64,000 nt of DNA from Macrostomum lignano (taxonomy: Eukaryota), in NCBI GenBank assembly GCA_002269645.1, contig NIVC01001346.1, forward strand, positions 244,940 to 308,939. The letters run 5' to 3'. A program made the position numbers and the translations under genes. The notes beneath the pieces were generated by a model. The model worked only from the letters and a program-made list of their open reading frames with translations. It made no database searches and was not told the origin of the DNA. Below, piece by piece: positions 59,301-64,000 of this stretch. Every line of letters starts with the position of its first letter. The first letter of the stretch is position 1.

Positions 59301-62300
59301 TGTCTGTTACACCTTTCACTCCATCATTTGATGGCAGCTGCCTACCTGTAGGCTCTTCTGTCACTCACACCTTTCTCTCCATCATTAGATGGCAGCTGCC
59401 TACCTGTAGGCTCTTCTGTCACTCACACACACCCTTCACTCCATCATTAGATAAAATCTCCTACAGATTATTTCTACAAGCTACCAAACCAGCTTCCACC
59501 ATTTTCCTGTTATGCATTGATGACACACGAGTCTGGAGCGCCCTGCCGCACCTGTACAAAGGGATCGGTGACGTCACCCTTAGAAACAGAGCCTCTAGGC
59601 TTGGGCAGCTGGGCTCCGCTGATGACGCGCACTCGTAGCAGCCGCCCGACCGGCAGTGCCAGCAGCGGCAGGCCCTGGCGCATCGATGGCGGCTTCAGCA
59701 CAAATCCGCAGGCGCCGTTGCGCGAGAAATGGCCCCGGTCCAGGTCCAGGATGCGGCCAGTGGTCTGCCGGTTCAGGCACACCAGCTGGCAGCCGCAGCA
59801 CCAGGCGTCGCGCGGGTTCGGGTTGGTCGAATCCACCCTGGCGACGCTGGGTCGCACCTGGAATGATTGGCTTGCTGATGCCATTTATGATGCCTTACAG
59901 TATAGCGCTAGAAGCAGCAGTGCAGAGCTGTCCGTAACTAATTGCCTTTGTTAGTTAGTTTAGCTTTAGGCACTGGTGCAAATTAAGGCACACACAGGCA
60001 CACAACCTGAGCACACACAGGTACACACCCTGAGCACACACAGGCACAAATGTTCAGCGCCCATAACTTCTCCTTAACCTTGTTCTGACCCAGACTTATT
60101 AAGGATACTGTTTCAAATTATTTTACTAACCTGTACAATTCGTTGCCGGCTGATGGTTGCCAACTCGTCCACATCAGCCTGGGCCATGCGCTGGCTCTGC
60201 GACTCGCTGATTGGCCAGACAAACGGATGGGTCGGCCCAGAGGCTGCGGTCCGATCGACAGGGAGTCTGTGCGAAACGAATCTAACCTTACCGAATCTAA
60301 ACCCTACCGAATCTCAAACCTACTGAATCTAAACCCTACCGAATCTTAACTCTACTGAATCTAAACCCTACCGAGTCTAAACCCTAACGAATCTAAACGC
60401 TACCGAATCTAAACCCCTCAAACGAATCTAAACCCCCTGCTGAATCTAAACCCTACCGAATCTTAACCCTACCGAATCTAAACCCTACGAATCTAAACCC
60501 TACCGAATCTAAACCCTTACTGAATCGAATCCGTACCGAATCTAAACCCCTCAAATGAATCTAAACCCCCTGCAGAATCTAAACCCTACCGAATCTAAAC
60601 CCCCTGCTGGATCTAAACCCTACCGAATCTAAACCCTACCGAATCTAAACCCTACCGAATCTAAACCCTGAAGCTATTTGTTACATTGAACAGCACAATC
60701 GCTCACCGCTAGTTGGCAGGTGAGCATCGAACTCCAGACGGCTAACTTCTGGCAAGGTGATCAGATCGGATAGCTCCCTGCTGAGCCTGATTTTCCGACC
60801 GTGACCGACCTAGCATAATTGATTTGCATCAATTTAGTTGAGATCCCGAAAATTATAGTTCAAATTGCCCAAGTATAGTTGTTGGGGCGCCAAGGTGTGG
60901 GTGTTGGGCGCCAAAGCATGGGCACTGCTCACCGGGAACTCACCCGCTTCTTTGTCTGGTCCCTCCGTACGTCAATTCTCTCATCGTCCTCGCTGATGTA
61001 GCCATAGCCATTACTTTCCTCTCCGCTGTTGCCGCCCCCGTTTTCACCCGTTGCCATAGGCAACGCGCGGCCCTTGATGAGGACTCGGCCGCGCAGGCCG
61101 CTAGGCTGGCAAAGGCGCCACTTGCCCGAGCCGGCAGCAGGCAGTCGCCCAGCTGATCGCGAAGGTGCTGAGCGAGCGCGGATTGTTGGGCCAGACCGCA
61201 GTGAGTCTCCAAGCCGATGATTAGCGGCATGCTTGAGAGTTTAAGTTGTTTGAGAATCTTTGTGTATGTGCGTTCCAACTGTAGATCTAAGTCTAATGTA
61301 GGTTTTATTGCCGCGGAACAGTTATGTACGTTTTATTCAAATGTAATGTCGTCCAGTCTACCTTTTAATTTGTGAAGCACGCTTCCTCATTTCAATATTT
61401 TATAAGTGTACATTCCAATCCACATCTATGTACAGTTTACTGCAATGTATCATACGAGCTACATTCCAGAGAATGTACGCGTCATTCCGGTACACATTCA
61501 AGAGTCTAATGTACTCGTAAATTTTATTTGAAAGTAAATTCGATTTGTCGGATTTCCATCCTCCAAATCATCCAAGCTCAGTGGCGCTCCGCGGTCTTCT
61601 CTCTGGCTCGGCACTCCGGAAGCTTGGCGCCCTCGACGCTTGCCAGCCCAACGCCTACGCCGAAGCCTGCCGCATCCTCCTGGCCAACTACGCCGATGCC
61701 CAGGAGCAGAAAAACTTCTCCTTCCGGCGCCTTTTCGCTCTCCACTGCAGCTCCGCCTCCGACCCGGACGAGCTCGAGAATTTCACCGACGCCCTCCTTC
61801 TCACCACCGGCCAGCTACTCCCCCTAGGTGAGCTTGCCTGCACCCTCGACAGCCACGTCTACGCACTCTGGAACCGCCACAAGCCCGCAGCACCGGCAAT
61901 CGCCTATCGTCGGGCGCCGTAGTTTAGTTCCACTGCCAGCAAGAGCCCAGAAGTTCTTGTCCCTATAGTGACGTCAGTCAGCTTCTTATCGGCCCTAACG
62001 TACCCGCACTAGCGCTTTGACCGACTCTAACGGCCAACCTGACGCTCTTCGGCGCCATCCTCAACGGCTGCCTCGACACTACAGCCTCTCATCTCAACGG
62101 CTTCCTCGGCTCCTCGCAAGTGGTCACTACGAACAATTTCCTTAACAAGAATGGGCTTCACCTCGACCGACTCCTGTACCGCATGTTCAACCTCGAAGCT
62201 CTTGGCATAGCTGGAAAGCCTGACCCCAAGAATGACAGACTTACTGAGCGCCTGCTCGACTCCATTACGCGCGATACTGACGGTCGAATCTCGGTCGACC

Positions 62301-63815
62301 TGCCTAAGTCTCCCGGAGCGAGAAGCCTACTACGTAGAGTTCGAAAAGTGAAAGTCGAAGTTTTATAGCGAGTCAACCTCAGACGAGACAGCGGCAGATC
62401 CTTCACGTCCAACCGCACTTCCCTGTCATCATCAAAAGTGTGCCGAATTCTGTAGCTGCACCCAGACCCAGACAATAACTAATAGAAGAACGAGCGGTTA
62501 GTGGGGAAGGAATCAGAAGAAGAGAAGCAGGGGTGAAGGGCCGCGAGTTGAACCTGTATTTTATACTAAATAGCAAACAGGGTAGCTGAAATGTCTGTGG
62601 CAAATTAACGGTTGTGATAGTCTGCGGGAAAAGCGTGGTAGACGAAGGGAGTCGGCTAACTCAAAGTACGAGGCTGTATTGCAAAACAGAAAGTACAAAT
62701 ATTTGGAGGATGGAAATCCGACACGAATCTATATGGAGTTCACTTCTATGAAATTAGAGTGCGTTTCTAGATATATGGATTGATATTTGTGACTCATGCT
62801 TTCTCGAGTCATAATTTGTTAAAATCCGTATGTCATATGGTACTTTTATTACTTTAGTTAGTTTTTGATTACTACAAGCGTAGTAAGCTTTTCTATTTGT
62901 TCTAATAAAGACTATATGAGTAAGACAGTAAATAGGATTTACTCGTAAATGAAAAAGCCCATAAACGCAATTCGTTATTCATGCCGAAGGACAATCTATA
63001 TACGCTCGTACTACTTTAAACGAATATTGAAGCAACTCACCCAGATTCTAAACATCTAAACCCTAGATTGCAGATATTGTTTTAAAAAAGCAAATTGAAA
63101 AGCTACAGAAATTGAAGACAATCATTCAATAGAATGTACAGATTCAGATGAGGCTCAGCAAACGAAGTCTCTTTCAATTGCAGTGAAGAATAAATAAATT
63201 TGAATGATGAATACAGCTGGTCCATCTATTGCTCTCTTTTCTTCTTTTTAGTTCAACAATGTTACAAGTGCATTGCACCCATGGTAAAATGGAAAGTCTA
63301 TACTTATATTTAAACTCTTTTGTTTAAATTTAAAGCAGCTTTTTTCACTCACGAACTTAAATAGAAAGGACTGGATATGGACTTTGTTTTTTTCTAATTG
63401 ACGAAAATAAATCGCATAAGCATACACTAGCTAAGTATTTTCGATAAAGTGAATTTTCCCTATTTTTAAACAAAAAACCGGTATACTTACGTCTTAGATA
63501 GTGTATTTCTATTTGTTTATAACTTAATAGCCCTGAATAATTTGGTGTAACCTAATATAATGCATTGAAATAGAACGGTATAATAAGTATAATGTTTTAA
63601 CATCATAGTGTTATAATATTTAAAAGATTTATGAGCAATATAACAATCCCAAAGAATCTGAATTAATCCTAGAGATAAGAAATCATTCACTCACTCTGTA
63701 CCGTGGAAAGCGTACTGTCGAATAGTGCTCAGAGCATCCACAGCCAGAATCTTGCTAGTGAGCGTGCGGCCGTGATACACCACTGGCTGGCCGTCCGGTC
63801 CGTCCCAGATTTCCA
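56350..63815 (-). CDS. PLCL: Phospholipase C-like protein (PLCL/PRIP-type): X domain 3' part, Y domain, C2 and C-terminal helical domain; 5' end lies beyond the right edge
   Basis: Exons 63815-63695, 61231-60944, 60809-60707, 60243-60131, 59857-59552, 59176-58966, 58411-57954 and 56661-56350, all phase-compatible given one missing base at ~61096. Motifs: [51 protein letters not shown]...[57 protein letters not shown]. The C-terminal [11 protein letters not shown] is PLCL-diagnostic. Confidence 0.92.
56730..57060 (+). mobile_element. SINE family A copy in the last PLCL intron
   Basis: Same B box and body; the 3' end is slightly deleted. Confidence 0.78.
57176..57770 (+). mobile_element. Internally deleted Tc1/mariner-IS630-type DNA transposon
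   Basis: ~28-bp TIR TTTTTGCGATCTAGTTTGCCAAAACTGC at both ends, with TA nearby on each side. ORF 57391-57639 encodes an N-terminal HTH ([17 protein letters not shown]...PRGG); no DDE domain. Confidence 0.75.
60278..60670. repeat. ~16-17-bp minisatellite (CCGAATCTAAACCCTA)
   Basis: Read directly; lies in a PLCL intron. Confidence 0.9.
61546..62723 (+). mobile_element. TIR-bounded element carrying BEL/Pao gag-pol fragments
   Basis: Perfect 23-bp inverted termini TGTCGGATTTCCATCCTCCAAAT, with flanks CGATT / CGAAT. Internal peptides [16 protein letters not shown] (gag DUF1759-like), QLLIG, FGAILNG and MFNLEALGI...GRISVDLP resemble the BEL pol region upstream of RT. Confidence 0.65.
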
Positions 63816-64000
63816 CTGAAGGCGCACACATGGGTGAGGGGTTGGTTGCTTGGTGATGGGTTAGCTATATAGTGTTGAAAAGGAAGTGAACTAAACTAAT
63901 GTTGGACTTTAGGCAGAAGGGTGATAAGCACTGGCGAACACATCAAGGTTATTGGAGCAGTCCCCTAGAGCGTCAAAAGAATATTTTATGGACAACTGAC

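Noticed and set aside
60278-60670. Telomere-like TAAACCC motif (also the short TTAGGG run at ~17085-17115)
   Set aside because: The motif is embedded in a longer minisatellite unit or is only a few degenerate copies, and both sites are intragenic.
61050-61064. Palindromic RFX-like site GTTGCCATAGGCAAC
   Set aside because: It lies within a PLCL coding exon (ALPMAT) with no evidence of a nearby promoter.

Overview
Eukaryotic genomic DNA with GT-AG introns, GC-rich exons and repeat-filled AT-rich introns. About 21 kb, roughly a third of the window, is tandem repeat. A free-living flatworm such as Macrostomum is my guess, not proven. Reading exons by hand on both strands gives six protein-coding loci. 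(1) A ~31-kb, 20-exon, minus-strand TRPM-like cation channel whose first exons encode ankyrin repeats spliced in frame to the TRPM N-terminus. (2) An intronless FkbM-family methyltransferase with an N-terminal signal anchor, nested in the largest TRPM intron. (3) SSR2/TRAP-beta. (4) A TUT4/7-type terminal uridylyltransferase. (5) A two-exon orphan single-pass membrane protein. (6) A PLC-like (PLCL/PRIP-type) gene that runs off the right edge and keeps the X-domain catalytic His. Mobile DNA includes two to three tRNA-derived SINE families, an RTE LINE remnant, a solo LTR, a hAT MITE, a truncated Tc1/IS630 element, Helitron-like elements carrying minisatellites, and a TIR-bounded BEL/Pao fragment. 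Four single-base frame breaks in otherwise intact genes look like assembly indels. No rRNA, true tRNA or CRISPR array was found. Most long ORFs in the supplied track are repeat artefacts. Repeat boundaries are approximate.
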